Assembly: GCA_038134595.1 (NCBI GenBank)
Contig: JAYPVM010000008.1
Location: 50,011-114,010, forward strand
Direction: 5' to 3'
DNA from: Pseudomonadota bacterium
Lineage (GTDB): Bacteria; Bdellovibrionota_C; UBA2361; OMII01
Length of the DNA stretch: 64,000 nt
The notes beneath the pieces are model-generated. The model worked only from the letters and a program-made list of their open reading frames with translations. It was not told the DNA's origin and did not search any database. Both the position numbers and the translations under genes were made by a program. Each line of letters opens with the position of its first letter. Position 1 is the first letter of the stretch. This document shows positions 48,799 to 60,340 of this stretch, one piece after another.

Positions 48799-50448
48799 AT
48801 GCTTTCAGAATTAACAATCAGTAACTTTGCCATCATTGAGAAGCAGTCGTTATCGTTTCATTCTCAGTTTAATGTCATCAGCGGAGAAACTGGCGCAGGG
48901 AAATCAATCATTCTCCACGCACTTGAGTTTATCTTGGGTGGAAAGGGCTCCGCTAGTTTAGTGCGAAGCGGATCTGACATGATGGAGGTCCAGGCGCTTT
49001 TTGATCTCTCCCAGATTGCCACAAGCATTCGAAGCGAGCTTCCAGAGATAGTCGGGGATGGTGATGAGCTTGTCGTCTCGCGAACACAGCCTCGAGAGGG
49101 AAGGGGAAAGGTGCTTATAAATGGCCGCCTCGGTACGGTTGCACTTTTGGAAGAGATCGTCAGAAAGCTTGTAAATATCTGTAGTCAGCACCATCAGACT
49201 AAACTCCTTGATAGTCGGTATCACCTACAGCTTCTCGATGGTTATGCAGGCCTAGAGGATGAAAGCTTTAGAATGAGTGCAGCGTATGCCGAGTGGCAAA
49301 AAGCGAAGCGACACGTTGCGTCGTTGGAGGTGCATGCCGCCAAACGTGAAGAACGCCTCGGAGAGCTTGATTCGATAGTTGAAGATTTAGAGGTTGTTTC
49401 AGATCTTAGAGGAGGACGAAGGGCGGAGCTGGAGGCAGAGATCGGACGAATATCAAATTCAGAGAAGCTCATTGAAGTTAGTCAGCAATCGCTAGAACTG
49501 TGTGGCGGTGAGGCAGGCCTCTCGATGGTGTTAAAAGAGTTGCACCACACCTTGGGAGAGATGCAACGGTTAGATCCTGGGGTGAAAAGTATCGTTGAGA
49601 ACTTTGAGCGTTCAATAGATGGGCTCGCTGAGTGTGAGATAGCACTCGGTCGATACGTTACGAACCTTGATGTTGATGCCTCGACACTCGAGGCGATGCG
49701 CCATGATCTCTCAGAACTAGCCAGGCTTGAGAGAAAGTATCGCACCGATGATGCAGGACTCGCAGAGCTGCTTAACACAGCCCGAGAGGAGCGGGAGCAG
49801 TATGATAGCAATCAGGGGCTAAAAGATGCCCGAGAGGCCGTCCGAAAGTTAGAGGAACAAGTTCGGCATCTCGGAGAAGGATTGCGGAAGCATCGAAAGA
49901 AGGCCGCAAAAAATCTTACAGATGCAGTCAACAACGAGTTGCAAGAGCTAGCGATGCCTGATGCAACCCTTGCAGTTGAGTTTTCTCCGATTGAACCGAG
50001 TGCTGGAGGGCTTGATAAGATTGATTTCCTCATTGCAACAAACAAGGGAGACTCTCATGGTGCACTCTCGAAGATAGCTTCAGGCGGGGAGCTGTCGCGG
50101 GTCATGTTGGTACTTAAAAAAATCCTCCGAGAGCAGTCGGGTGTTAACGTATTGATCTTTGATGAGGTTGATACTGGAATCTCGGGAGGGGTCGCCCGTT
50201 CGGTTGGACGAATGTTGAAGAGCATAGCAGAGCAGTCGCAGGTTTTGTGTATAACTCACTTGCCGCAGGTAGCCTCACTGTCAGATAAGCATTTCTTGGT
50301 TCAGAAGCAGGTGGGGGATAGGGCGCTGACGGTGGTACGCTCGCTGAGTGAGACCGAGAAGGTAGATGAAATTGCTAGAATGTTGGCAGGATTTACCATA
50401 ACAGATGCTTCAAGGGCTTCTGCAAAGGAGCTGATCGAATCGAGCTGA
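48799..50448 (+). CDS. recN: DNA repair protein RecN
   Basis: MLSELTISNFAII, GETGAGKS, ASGGELSR, FDEVDTG, ITHLPQVA. Confidence 0.97.
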   Translation: MLSELTISNFAIIEKQSLSFHSQFNVISGETGAGKSIILHALEFILGGKGSASLVRSGSDMMEVQALFDLSQIATSIRSELPEIVGDGDELVVSRTQPREGRGKVLINGRLGTVALLEEIVRKLVNICSQHHQTKLLDSRYHLQLLDGYAGLEDESFRMSAAYAEWQKAKRHVASLEVHAAKREERLGELDSIVEDLEVVSDLRGGRRAELEAEIGRISNSEKLIEVSQQSLELCGGEAGLSMVLKELHHTLGEMQRLDPGVKSIVENFERSIDGLAECEIALGRYVTNLDVDASTLEAMRHDLSELARLERKYRTDDAGLAELLNTAREEREQYDSNQGLKDAREAVRKLEEQVRHLGEGLRKHRKKAAKNLTDAVNNELQELAMPDATLAVEFSPIEPSAGGLDKIDFLIATNKGDSHGALSKIASGGELSRVMLVLKKILREQSGVNVLIFDEVDTGISGGVARSVGRMLKSIAEQSQVLCITHLPQVASLSDKHFLVQKQVGDRALTVVRSLSETEKVDEIARMLAGFTITDASRASAKELIESS

Positions 50449-50493
50449 TATTGGCCGTTTGTATCGGTTTTTAGCCATTGTTTAGGGTCTAAG

Positions 50494-50572
50494 TTGACCC
50501 CAGCCTGCCGAGGGCGTAATCTCGTGCCTCTTTAAAAGCGGGGAGAGAGTTTTGATTGGCACACGATGTGCA
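50494..50572 (+). promoter_or_regulatory. Tandem sigma70 and sigma54 promoter candidates for the M23 peptidase gene
   Basis: TTGACC-17-TAATCT (50494-50522) and TGGCACACGATGTGCA GG-N10-GC (50557-50572). Confidence 0.5.
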
Positions 50573-50591
50573 GCGGGCTCTCTAGAGTCAT

Positions 50592-51620
50592 ATGAACGTA
50601 GTGAGTAACAGTAAAAAGCGCTTCTTTGCAAGATATGCTCGACCTGGGCTCTACGCCCTGTTGGCCTTAGCTGTGGCTGTCAACGTTACCGACCCCTTAC
50701 TAGGGCAGGCTCGAGAATATGTAGAGTCGTTTTTTGTTAGTCCCTACCAATTGTATCTAGCAGAGCTTGAGCATGACCATTTAGAAAAGGTCAATGAGCG
50801 GATGATGCGAGAGATCGTAGCGCTTCGCACGCGTCAGACAAGCACGCGAAAGATAGAGCTTGAGTTGGTTGAAAAAATAGATCTCGTCGAGAAGGCAATT
50901 GAAGAAGCCACGCATCTCGATCTCTTTGAATCGAGAAACAAACAGATCAAGAAAAATGTAAGCGGAAAATTAGCCGCGATTCTTGAGTCGGAGGAGTTAA
51001 GAAAGATAGTTGCTTCAAATGACACAAGTGCCATCGGTGGTGCCGAGGGGCTATGCGAGGATGATTGTGTTGAACACATCGGCTTGTCACCGGTAGTCGA
51101 TGCTAAGCAGGCTAATTCGGATCCCGTAGTAGTTTCGATGGCTGTGGCACACGAGCGCGCGGAGCGATTTGTTGATGTGCTTCGAACGTTACCGATTGGC
51201 GCCCCCGTTTCGGCCCGAGTGTCGTCTGGATACGGGTATAGGCGGTCTCCATTTTCGCGTAAGCGGACATTTCATTACGGCCTTGATCTCGCTCTGCCGA
51301 CAGGAAATCCTGTAAGGGCAACAGGTGGGGGTACGGTAGTTAAATCAATGTACAATCGTACATACGGACATTACGTTGACATCGAGCACTCAGCGGGGCT
51401 CGTTACCCGATATGCACATCTTCGAAAGTCGATGGTGAAGAAGGGAGATGTCCTAGCACGAGGAGACGTACTTGGATTGTGTGGTTCAACGGGACGCTCT
51501 ACGGGGCCGCACGTACACTATGAAGTTCGCTACAAGGGACGGACGCGTAATCCTGCCCCATTTGTTGCGTTGGCAGATACCTTGTCACAGATATTAGCTG
51601 TAAGTGAGCAGAGTGCCTAA
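50592..51620 (+). CDS. M23 family metallopeptidase with N-terminal anchor and coiled coil
   Basis: FHYGLD (HxxxD), YAHL, STGRSTGPHVHYEV. Confidence 0.93.
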   Translation: MNVVSNSKKRFFARYARPGLYALLALAVAVNVTDPLLGQAREYVESFFVSPYQLYLAELEHDHLEKVNERMMREIVALRTRQTSTRKIELELVEKIDLVEKAIEEATHLDLFESRNKQIKKNVSGKLAAILESEELRKIVASNDTSAIGGAEGLCEDDCVEHIGLSPVVDAKQANSDPVVVSMAVAHERAERFVDVLRTLPIGAPVSARVSSGYGYRRSPFSRKRTFHYGLDLALPTGNPVRATGGGTVVKSMYNRTYGHYVDIEHSAGLVTRYAHLRKSMVKKGDVLARGDVLGLCGSTGRSTGPHVHYEVRYKGRTRNPAPFVALADTLSQILAVSEQSA

Positions 51621-51626
51621 CTATCT

Positions 51627-52412
51627 TTAATTGGCAACTTCACTCCGATTGACCGAGAATTGTTTTCCGCACCGTGGGCACGAGATGTGTAGCTCCGTGT
51701 CTTCGCCGTAGAGTTCCTCGAGAGAGTCTATGTCCATGGAGCGAAAAAACGGCAGTAGTTTATCGGGAGAGCAGTCACACTGAAAACTAAATTGACATGT
51801 TCGCATAAAGCTTCGCTCTACAGTTGTAGTGGTAGCTAGCTCCTCAATATCAACGGTCGCGCACCACTCGGCATCGTACTCAGGTAGAGCGACAAGACCA
51901 AGTGCAGTGTCGCTTGTTTTTGAGAGAATGAGCCGTATGGGATACCCTTCACTCTGCTCGTAGAATTGTGTCACCATTGAAGCTATCTCAGAGGAGTCAC
52001 ACTGAACCATCGAGTTGTAGGTTTTGCCGCGGTTACTTACTTGAGCATGCAGTGAGTGCGTTTCTGCTAATCGAATGTTTTCAGTCAGAACGTGGCCCAC
52101 TATAAATCCTTTGGCCACACCGGAGTCATCTATCTCCCCAGTATTTCCCGTGACGAAAAGAGAGTAGGGATTAGGTTCTGCTATATGTGCAGTCCATGCG
52201 TGTGTTTCGCGAGCTGTGCGAGCAGAGAGGTGAATCGCAAAACAAGCCAGTAGCGTTTTAAGTTTTTCGTCATGCTCGTGAAGTGTGTTTGGCGCATGAT
52301 CTTTTCTGTGGAGGTAGTAATCGATGAGGTAGTCGGACATATCTATCTTGACCAAAAGCGCCTCGCGCTTTGGGATGTATTCAGAGGTAGTGACCAATCC
52401 ACTCGCTGTCAT
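51627..52412 (-). CDS. Hsp33 (HslO)-like redox-regulated chaperone, divergent
   Basis: FYEQSE motif; C-terminal FQCDCS...SCPRCG (CxC...CxxC). Confidence 0.75.
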   Translation of the reverse strand: MTASGLVTTSEYIPKREALLVKIDMSDYLIDYYLHRKDHAPNTLHEHDEKLKTLLACFAIHLSARTARETHAWTAHIAEPNPYSLFVTGNTGEIDDSGVAKGFIVGHVLTENIRLAETHSLHAQVSNRGKTYNSMVQCDSSEIASMVTQFYEQSEGYPIRLILSKTSDTALGLVALPEYDAEWCATVDIEELATTTTVERSFMRTCQFSFQCDCSPDKLLPFFRSMDIDSLEELYGEDTELHISCPRCGKQFSVNRSEVAN

Positions 52413-52491
52413 GACAGTATCCGCCCGTAGTAGAACCTTTTAGCTAAGCCTTCATTATAACAAAAGACGGGTGCTCTGACTACGGGTGCTC

Positions 52492-53142
52492 TTAGCGGCG
52501 AAAGGAGCCTCGTGTAAGAAATGAGGCACTTAATGTAGCCGCAGAGGAGCTAAAGGGCATGAGCGCATGGAGCACAGGGATCGTTATCGAATCATCAGCT
52601 TGGGCAAGAAGTGCCTCGCTAGCAAGAACAATCCCATCGTTATCTTGTCCGGCAAAGGGATAGAATCCTACTCGTGTTTTTGTGCCGCCGAGGATACATC
52701 CAACCTGTAAGCTGTTGGGTGGAAAGCTGCCGTCAAAGGTGCCTATCTCGCGAAGAACCGGACCAAAGACCTTATGAGAAAGACCGAATTGCACCAAAAA
52801 TCTGGCGATTGCAGCCCCATTGTGTGGCGTACCGAGAGTGACAAGCCTATGGAGGGAGCTAGAGCAGAGGTGTTCTTTATCAAGGGCGCGAACAATAAGC
52901 CCGCCAAGAGAGTGGCCTACAAACGATACTGGCGCTCCCTTGGTATAGTGATCGGTGAAGGCAGCTAGTTGTTTTGCGATCTCTCTGATTGTTAGTTTTC
53001 TGGATTGGTAGTCAAAGGCATGCACAGAAGTCGATGGAATAAGTTTCTCAAGCCGTGGCTTTAGTAGAAACATGTCGAATCGAGACCGCCCGAGCCCGTG
53101 CACGAGCACTGTGTGTGGAGCAGTGAAGCTAGCAGAGGTCAT
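52492..53142 (-). CDS. Alpha/beta hydrolase (lipase/esterase-like)
   Basis: LVHGLGR, VGHSLGG, LGTPHNG, DGIV, H. Confidence 0.88.
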   Translation of the reverse strand: MTSASFTAPHTVLVHGLGRSRFDMFLLKPRLEKLIPSTSVHAFDYQSRKLTIREIAKQLAAFTDHYTKGAPVSFVGHSLGGLIVRALDKEHLCSSSLHRLVTLGTPHNGAAIARFLVQFGLSHKVFGPVLREIGTFDGSFPPNSLQVGCILGGTKTRVGFYPFAGQDNDGIVLASEALLAQADDSITIPVLHALMPFSSSAATLSASFLTRGSFRR

Positions 53143-53148
53143 AGCCGG

Positions 53149-53724
53149 TTACGCAGGGCTTGCCTGGTACGCCGCAACGAGAGGTTGTAGGTCTACTGAC
53201 GCATACGTGGAGGGTTTTCGAACCTTGCCCCGCGCATCCTTTCCGACAGCGTAAAAAGCGCCTCTAACCTTGATGACATCGACTACTACGACCTCTGGTG
53301 GCCATGAGACGCTCTTGCCGCAGTCCCACTCTTGGTTTGAGAGGGTGCGTTCGCCATCCGACCAATCGGGAAGTGTCACAAACTTCTCTAAATTGTTGTC
53401 GCACACCAACTCAAACGCCTCTTCAAGTGGAATGCCGAACGCGCATGCGTTCCAGTACATTGTGTATGCAACATCTGCCAAGCCATCAAGCATCTCTTCG
53501 TGATTTGGCTCGCTGGTTGGATGGTATGAAAGAGCATCAGGAGCTGTAATTTTTGTCCCTTCAAACTCAGGGATCACTCCGAGGCCTTTGATGACGTATT
53601 CTAAGACTTCAGATAGTAAAAGCTGTGCCCCCAAGGCGCGCTGTTTTGGATCTCCACTTTGTAGCTTCTCTCTTGTCGATTGGCCAGCGAGTTCCATAAA
53701 GAGTGATATTTTGTCTGCTTTCAT
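53149..53724 (-). CDS. MazG-like / PRA-PH family NTP pyrophosphohydrolase
   Basis: LLSEVLE, EMLDGLADVAY, VCDNNLEK, GKVRKP; GGAG SD before ATG 53724. Confidence 0.78.
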   Translation of the reverse strand: MKADKISLFMELAGQSTREKLQSGDPKQRALGAQLLLSEVLEYVIKGLGVIPEFEGTKITAPDALSYHPTSEPNHEEMLDGLADVAYTMYWNACAFGIPLEEAFELVCDNNLEKFVTLPDWSDGERTLSNQEWDCGKSVSWPPEVVVVDVIKVRGAFYAVGKDARGKVRKPSTYASVDLQPLVAAYQASPA

Positions 53725-53981
53725 TCCTACTCCGTTTGTGTTTGAGGTCTCTTGTAACAATATCAAAACTAAATGTGTGGGCGCTGCATGCTGGGGTTCA
53801 TCACAGCGGACTACGTTTTAACTGTGCATTATGTCGAATAAAAACACACGCAGAGTGTAGTGATACTGGGTTGTATTTTCAAGATAAAAAACCCTCTAAC
53901 CACTCGCCCTTTAGGCACAAGCAGTTTATAGTGTCTGCGAACAACACTTTCAAAAAAGATTCCTAGGAGGCAACACTTCGT

Positions 53982-55133
53982 ATGCGAATGCAATTAAGAA
54001 GCACCCTACGTCGATCGCGTCACCCCGAAAACGGTTCTGTATTTTCATCTTTGATGATTGGGTTGGTATTGCTCGTTGTTATCGGTATAGCCGTTTCTTT
54101 CGTTTTTGGCACTGTTGTCCCCGTTGGAACGGTAGGGGTGAGGCGGATAGCCTTTGGCCCCGGGCAGGGGTTATTACAGAAGTCTCTTTCGCCGGGATTC
54201 CATTGGACGGTTCCTGGCTATTCTACCGTGTACCAGATTCCACAAACAGTACGACTTATAGATTTCTCTCGAGATAAGACTGTATCGCAAACAGAGACTG
54301 TGTCGCAAACAGAGACTGTGTCGCAAACAGAGACTGCGGCGAGTGCACATTTTGGCCCCCTTGATGTGCCTACCACAGATGGAACTACGGTAGATATCGA
54401 TGTATCTCTCCTCTACAGGTTCTTTGCCTCTGATGAAGGGAATAAGCACGGAGGAGCTTCCGATCTGATTAGGAAAGTCGGTGCTAGTGAGACGCAGTGG
54501 TCAAAGTACATCGCACAGATAGCTGACAATGAATTAAAACGTGCCTTGGGTGCCCTATCGACGGTAGATTTCTATGACCCGAAGTTAAGAGAACAGCGAG
54601 TCCAAGAGGCGTTCGAATCGATGCAGGAGGTCTTTTCTAAGGTCGGTATAGATTTGGAGGCGGTGCTTCTTCGCCGTTATACGTATCGAGAGGAGATAGA
54701 TCAGGCTATCTTCAAGAAAAATCTTCAGGAGCTAGAATCTGCCTTTAATAAAGTAGCTGGTGAATTTGCTGAGGCCCAGCGAGATGTGAATAAAGTATCT
54801 GCTGACGGGGATGTCTCTATCAAGAATTTGGCTAAGCGGGGAGAGGGAGAATCGCAACGCATCCGCTCTGAAGGAGACCTCTATCGCCGTACTAAAATAG
54901 CCGAAGGCGATCTACTGGTAGCAGAAGCAAAAGCTGCCGTCGACAAGAGGCGAAACGAAGTCTTGGCACATGCTGGAAGTGATGTCTACGTGGCGCTTCA
55001 ATTAGCTCGTGTGCTTGGAACACTTAAAGGCGGAGTCATCGCTGATGTTGATCCGTACAATCTCGATGAATGGGTAAAGAAGTTGTCCGGTGAAGAGAGC
55101 CTTGAAAAGCATGAAGCCAGCAGGAGGAAGTAA
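53982..55133 (+). CDS. SPFH (band 7) domain protein, TM-anchored
   Basis: TM, VPVGTVGV, PGFHW, VPTTDG..DIDVSLLYR, alanine-rich coiled coil. Confidence 0.85.
   Translation: MRMQLRSTLRRSRHPENGSVFSSLMIGLVLLVVIGIAVSFVFGTVVPVGTVGVRRIAFGPGQGLLQKSLSPGFHWTVPGYSTVYQIPQTVRLIDFSRDKTVSQTETVSQTETVSQTETAASAHFGPLDVPTTDGTTVDIDVSLLYRFFASDEGNKHGGASDLIRKVGASETQWSKYIAQIADNELKRALGALSTVDFYDPKLREQRVQEAFESMQEVFSKVGIDLEAVLLRRYTYREEIDQAIFKKNLQELESAFNKVAGEFAEAQRDVNKVSADGDVSIKNLAKRGEGESQRIRSEGDLYRRTKIAEGDLLVAEAKAAVDKRRNEVLAHAGSDVYVALQLARVLGTLKGGVIADVDPYNLDEWVKKLSGEESLEKHEASRRK
54277..54336 (+). repeat. In-frame 18-bp tandem repeat (3.3 copies, TVSQTE)
   Basis: AGACTGT(A/G)TCGCAAACAG x3 plus AGACTG. Confidence 0.9.
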
Positions 55134-56245
55134 TGGTAAATAGTCTGCGCTATATCGCACGGTTGATGCTGTCTGTTTGCGGCGTTTTTCTAGTGACCGG
55201 ATGTGATGCGGGTATTCAGGATATGGGTGCCACAGAGTACGGGGTTCGATTTCGCGCGCTTCCCCCACTGCTTGGCGGTGGAGTTGGAAGTGCGGCCTCT
55301 ATCGCCGCTCCCTTAGAATCAGTGGTGGTTCTTCCGTGGGAGAAGCTTGTGCGCTTTGACACATCGCCTCAGTATCTAACGTGGGGAGCTGATATCGCGG
55401 GAGAGGCGGATCAGCTCGTGCAGGCTGAAGATGTCTACACACGCGCAAAAGACGGCAATGAAGCCGCGCTCAAAATTACAGTTCGGTATCGCATTAATCC
55501 AGAGCCTCAAATGTTGACCACACTTGCTCAAGAGGTTGCCACGTCTAATGATGAGGTGAAAGTTCTTGTGATTGCAGTGATTCGCTCGGAGATTCGTACC
55601 CATATGAACAAACTCCGCACGGCTGAGTTTCGCGATGATAAGAAAAGAAACGATACAGTCGATGAGGCACTCTCTGCTACAAGAGCAAGGCTCTCACCAC
55701 TTGGAATCGAGGTGGAATCGATAAACTTAAAGCAGTATCGTTTTGTAAGATTACTAAAAGACGGCAAAGAGGACACAAGTTATCAAGATAGGCTTCGTGA
55801 CATTCAAGAGAAGGAGCAGGATATTCAGGGAGAACGCACGCGGATAGAGACCGTGCGAGCGAAAAAACACGCCGAATACTCGCAAGCAGAGAGCGCATAC
55901 AACGCGCAGATAGCCGAGGCAAACGGCTACAAGCAGCAGTCAACGTATCTAGGAGATAGTTACTACCAGGCAAAGGTCAATGAGGCAAAAGCGATTGAAG
56001 CCGAAGGAAAGGCTGAGGTTGAGGGGCTCAAACAACGCATTGCAGCACTCTCGGGTGCAGGTGGCAAGAACATGGTGCGCCTAGAGGTTGCCAAACAGCT
56101 CACCAAAGGGGATCCGAAATTCATAGCCGTAAGTCCTAATTCTCAAGGCACAGGGGTGGAAGTTTCTAAGACCGATGTAAATGATCTTATCCAGCAGCTC
56201 GGATTGCTAGAGGGGATTGCCAGAAATCAAGGACAGAAGCCGTAA
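55133..56245 (+). CDS. SPFH (band 7) domain protein, probable lipoprotein
   Basis: VTGC lipobox, EYGVRF, AKDGN..ITVRYRI, coiled coil; TAATG coupling to partner. Confidence 0.82.
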   Translation: MVNSLRYIARLMLSVCGVFLVTGCDAGIQDMGATEYGVRFRALPPLLGGGVGSAASIAAPLESVVVLPWEKLVRFDTSPQYLTWGADIAGEADQLVQAEDVYTRAKDGNEAALKITVRYRINPEPQMLTTLAQEVATSNDEVKVLVIAVIRSEIRTHMNKLRTAEFRDDKKRNDTVDEALSATRARLSPLGIEVESINLKQYRFVRLLKDGKEDTSYQDRLRDIQEKEQDIQGERTRIETVRAKKHAEYSQAESAYNAQIAEANGYKQQSTYLGDSYYQAKVNEAKAIEAEGKAEVEGLKQRIAALSGAGGKNMVRLEVAKQLTKGDPKFIAVSPNSQGTGVEVSKTDVNDLIQQLGLLEGIARNQGQKP

Positions 56246-56372
56246 CGGCAAGGGTTGCAGATTAGCCCTGGCACGGGTAAGGAGAGTTGCCCTTGTTTTT
56301 AAACAAACTCTTTCAAACAGAGAAGCTGAACTAAACACGTTTTGTCCTTAATTCTGCTTCTTATGAACCGGA

Positions 56373-56804
56373 TTATTTAATTTGGTTCAGTTCTTCTCGA
56401 CAGATTCGGAGAGCAATGCCGATGTCTGACGGATTCGTGTTCCCATCAATCAGATTGATGAGCTGTTCAGTTGCCACGGCAACTGAGTGGCGCCAACGAC
56501 CGTCGGGCAGCCCTTTGATTTGAGCGATGAGCCGAACTGCTACCGTGAGCAAATTTGCCGAGGCGTCGACAAGTTCGGTCTGCTCTTGGAGCAAGCCTAC
56601 AAAACCAGAGATGTCCTCTAGTCTTGGAGAGCGTTCTCCTAGCATCGGCCCATAATTGTCTTCGTGAGCTACGTTTTCCAAAGTCCCAACGTCGTGGTAA
56701 GCCACAAGCGTTGCTAGATCGTTAAAGGTCAAGCAAGGTCTTTGGGTGATCTCTCGTCGTAGGACATCCACAAATCTGGTTTTGCCAGTACGTGTTGTTG
56801 CCAT
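56373..56804 (-). CDS. Hypothetical protein
   Basis: AAAGGA SD before ATG 56804; 143-aa helical ORF. Confidence 0.65.
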   Translation of the reverse strand: MATTRTGKTRFVDVLRREITQRPCLTFNDLATLVAYHDVGTLENVAHEDNYGPMLGERSPRLEDISGFVGLLQEQTELVDASANLLTVAVRLIAQIKGLPDGRWRHSVAVATEQLINLIDGNTNPSDIGIALRICREELNQIK

Positions 56805-57246
56805 ACTGTTCCTTTCAGTCTCTAAAGAAGCGAAGCAGGTAAACCTCACATTAAGATTACATATCCGTGCTCCGTCCTAACGCCTCTAGATAGTGCGTTA
56901 CGGAGGAGCACAGAAAACCTTTACTCTCTGTGTTTTCGCTCAACTTCTCTTTTTGAAAGAGATATTCTTCTACCCGAGCCGCCCAGCATAGCATGGCCCC
57001 ACAGCTTGAAAAACCGCGAGTCTGTTGATTTAGTTCCTAGCGCCCACTTAGAGCCAGATTTGGGAGTTCGGGGCGCTCCAAAGTGTTCAAAAAACAGTAA
57101 AATCCTAGATACTTGGGGGATTGCCATTTCCCGTCAGGGTAGTAGACTCATGATGCGCCCTCAGATACACCAGCGCGCACCGTTTTAGGGGTCTTTGTAA
57201 TCCTTACAGACGAGTAATAATAACCCGAGTAATAACATCCTACTAG

Positions 57247-58197
<951 letters not shown>

Positions 58198-58240
58198 GAA
58201 TCAAGCAAACAACACCAAGCAAACAACTAGGAACAACAGT

Positions 58241-59401
58241 ATGAATCTACATGAGTATCAAGCAAAGCGAGTATTGCAACGGTTTGGGTTGCCTGTTCTT
58301 GAGGGGCACCTCTGTTACACTCCAGGAGAGGCAGAGGCCGCGGCTGACCGTCTCGGTGGTGGTATCTGTGTTGTAAAAGCACAGGTGCACGCCGGTGGCC
58401 GAGGAAAAGGTGGAGGAGTCAAGCTTGCTAAAAATACCGCTGAAGCTCGCGCACACGCTGAGAGTATCTTAGGGATGAATCTTGTAACGCCACAGACAGG
58501 CGAGGCAGGAAAGCTTGTACGCAAGGTGTACGTAGAGGCTGGATGTGATATCGCCAAGGAGTACTACTTAAGTATCCTTGTTGATAGAGCGAGCCGATGT
58601 GTTTCTATCATCGCATCTACTGAAGGAGGCATGGAGATAGAAGAGGTTGCTGAAAAGACACCGGAGAAGATTCTAAACGTGCAAGTAGATAGCAAAGTTG
58701 GGCTTCAAGGTTTTCAAGCATCAAAACTTGCGATCGATTTAGGTATTCCAGTTGAGGCTAGGAAACACTTCGGAAGTGTCGTTCGAGGGCTCTACAAAGC
58801 GTTTGTTGAATCAGACCTTGCGCTCTTAGAGATTAATCCACTCGTTCTCACAAAGGATAATACATTTGTGGTCCTTGATGCCAAAGTAGCTCTTGAAGAC
58901 AACGCTGCATTTCGTCAAAAAAGCATCCACGACATGATGGATTACGACGAAGAGGATCCACGAGACTTACGAGCGCAGAAGTACGGCTTAAGCTACATAG
59001 GTCTTGATGGTAATATCGGTTGTCTTGTAAACGGAGCCGGGCTTGCCATGGCCACCATGGACATCATTAAGTCCTTTGGTGGAGAGCCTGCAAACTTTCT
59101 TGATGTAGGTGGTGGAGCCACAAAAGAAAATGTAACGGAAGCATTTCGAATCTTGCTCTCGGATCCAAACGTTAAGGGTATTTTGGTAAATATCTTCGGT
59201 GGAATCATGAAGTGCGATGTAATCGCGACAGGTGTTATTGAAGCTGCCAAAGAAGTAGGACTTGAGGTTCCACTTGTAGTGCGACTACAGGGAACAAACG
59301 TAGAGATAGGTCGAAAGATGTTGGCAGAATCGGGGCTTGCAATCACAGCCGCAGATACAATGGATGATGCCGCACAAAAGATCGTATCACTTGCTAAGTA
59401 G
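58241..59401 (+). CDS. sucC: Succinyl-CoA synthetase beta subunit
   Basis: [37 protein letters not shown]. Confidence 0.98.
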   Translation: MNLHEYQAKRVLQRFGLPVLEGHLCYTPGEAEAAADRLGGGICVVKAQVHAGGRGKGGGVKLAKNTAEARAHAESILGMNLVTPQTGEAGKLVRKVYVEAGCDIAKEYYLSILVDRASRCVSIIASTEGGMEIEEVAEKTPEKILNVQVDSKVGLQGFQASKLAIDLGIPVEARKHFGSVVRGLYKAFVESDLALLEINPLVLTKDNTFVVLDAKVALEDNAAFRQKSIHDMMDYDEEDPRDLRAQKYGLSYIGLDGNIGCLVNGAGLAMATMDIIKSFGGEPANFLDVGGGATKENVTEAFRILLSDPNVKGILVNIFGGIMKCDVIATGVIEAAKEVGLEVPLVVRLQGTNVEIGRKMLAESGLAITAADTMDDAAQKIVSLAK

Positions 59402-59424
59402 GTAGTTTCAAGAGAAGGAAAGAT

Positions 59425-60297
59425 ATGAGCGTTTTAGTCGATAAAAACACACGAATCATCACACAGGGAATTACCGGAAAAACCGGAGCATTCCACACCA
59501 GACAGTGCAAGGAATACGGCACACAGATGGTAGCAGGTGTAACACCTGGCAAAGGTGGACAAGAGTTTGAGGGAATCCCTCTCTTTGATACCGTGCACCA
59601 AGCAAAGAAAGCAACCGATGCCACAGTTTCTATTATCTACGTTCCACCTCCATTTGCCGCAGACGCAATCATGGAAGCTGTAGATGCAGACTTAGACCTA
59701 GTGATATGCATCACTGAAGGCATACCTGTATTAGATATGCTTAAAGTCTCCACCTACATGGAAGGTAAACGCACTCGGCTTCTTGGACCAAATTGCCCCG
59801 GAATAATCACTCCAGGTGAGGCAAAGATAGGTATCATGCCAGGCTTTATCCATAAGCCAGGTCGTATCGGTGTCGTATCACGAAGTGGCACGCTTACCTA
59901 TGAAGCAGTGTTTCAACTCTCTGCACTCGGTATGGGGCAATCAACGTGTATCGGTATAGGCGGAGACCCGTTAAACGGAACAAACTTTATCGACTGCCTT
60001 GAGCTTTTTAACGCAGATGAAGACACCGACGCCGTTGTCATGATAGGTGAGATCGGAGGAAGCGCTGAAGTTGAAGCCGCTCAGTGGGTCAAAGATAATA
60101 TGAAGAAACCAGTCGTAGGTTTTATCGCAGGAGCTACAGCTCCTCCGGGACGACGAATGGGGCACGCTGGAGCCATTATCAGTGGAGGTGATGACACTGC
60201 CGAAGCTAAGTTTGCCGCTATGGAGAAAGCTGGCATACATGTTGTGCGCTCGCCACACGAGATTGGGGCGAAGATGCAGAGTGTGGTTGGGGCATAA
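59425..60297 (+). CDS. sucD: Succinyl-CoA synthetase alpha subunit
   Basis: [27 protein letters not shown]. Confidence 0.98.
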   Translation: MSVLVDKNTRIITQGITGKTGAFHTRQCKEYGTQMVAGVTPGKGGQEFEGIPLFDTVHQAKKATDATVSIIYVPPPFAADAIMEAVDADLDLVICITEGIPVLDMLKVSTYMEGKRTRLLGPNCPGIITPGEAKIGIMPGFIHKPGRIGVVSRSGTLTYEAVFQLSALGMGQSTCIGIGGDPLNGTNFIDCLELFNADEDTDAVVMIGEIGGSAEVEAAQWVKDNMKKPVVGFIAGATAPPGRRMGHAGAIISGGDDTAEAKFAAMEKAGIHVVRSPHEIGAKMQSVVGA

Positions 60298-60340
60298 CAA
60301 CTCACAGTTTTTTTGCATAGATTGATTCCGGGGAAGGCAC

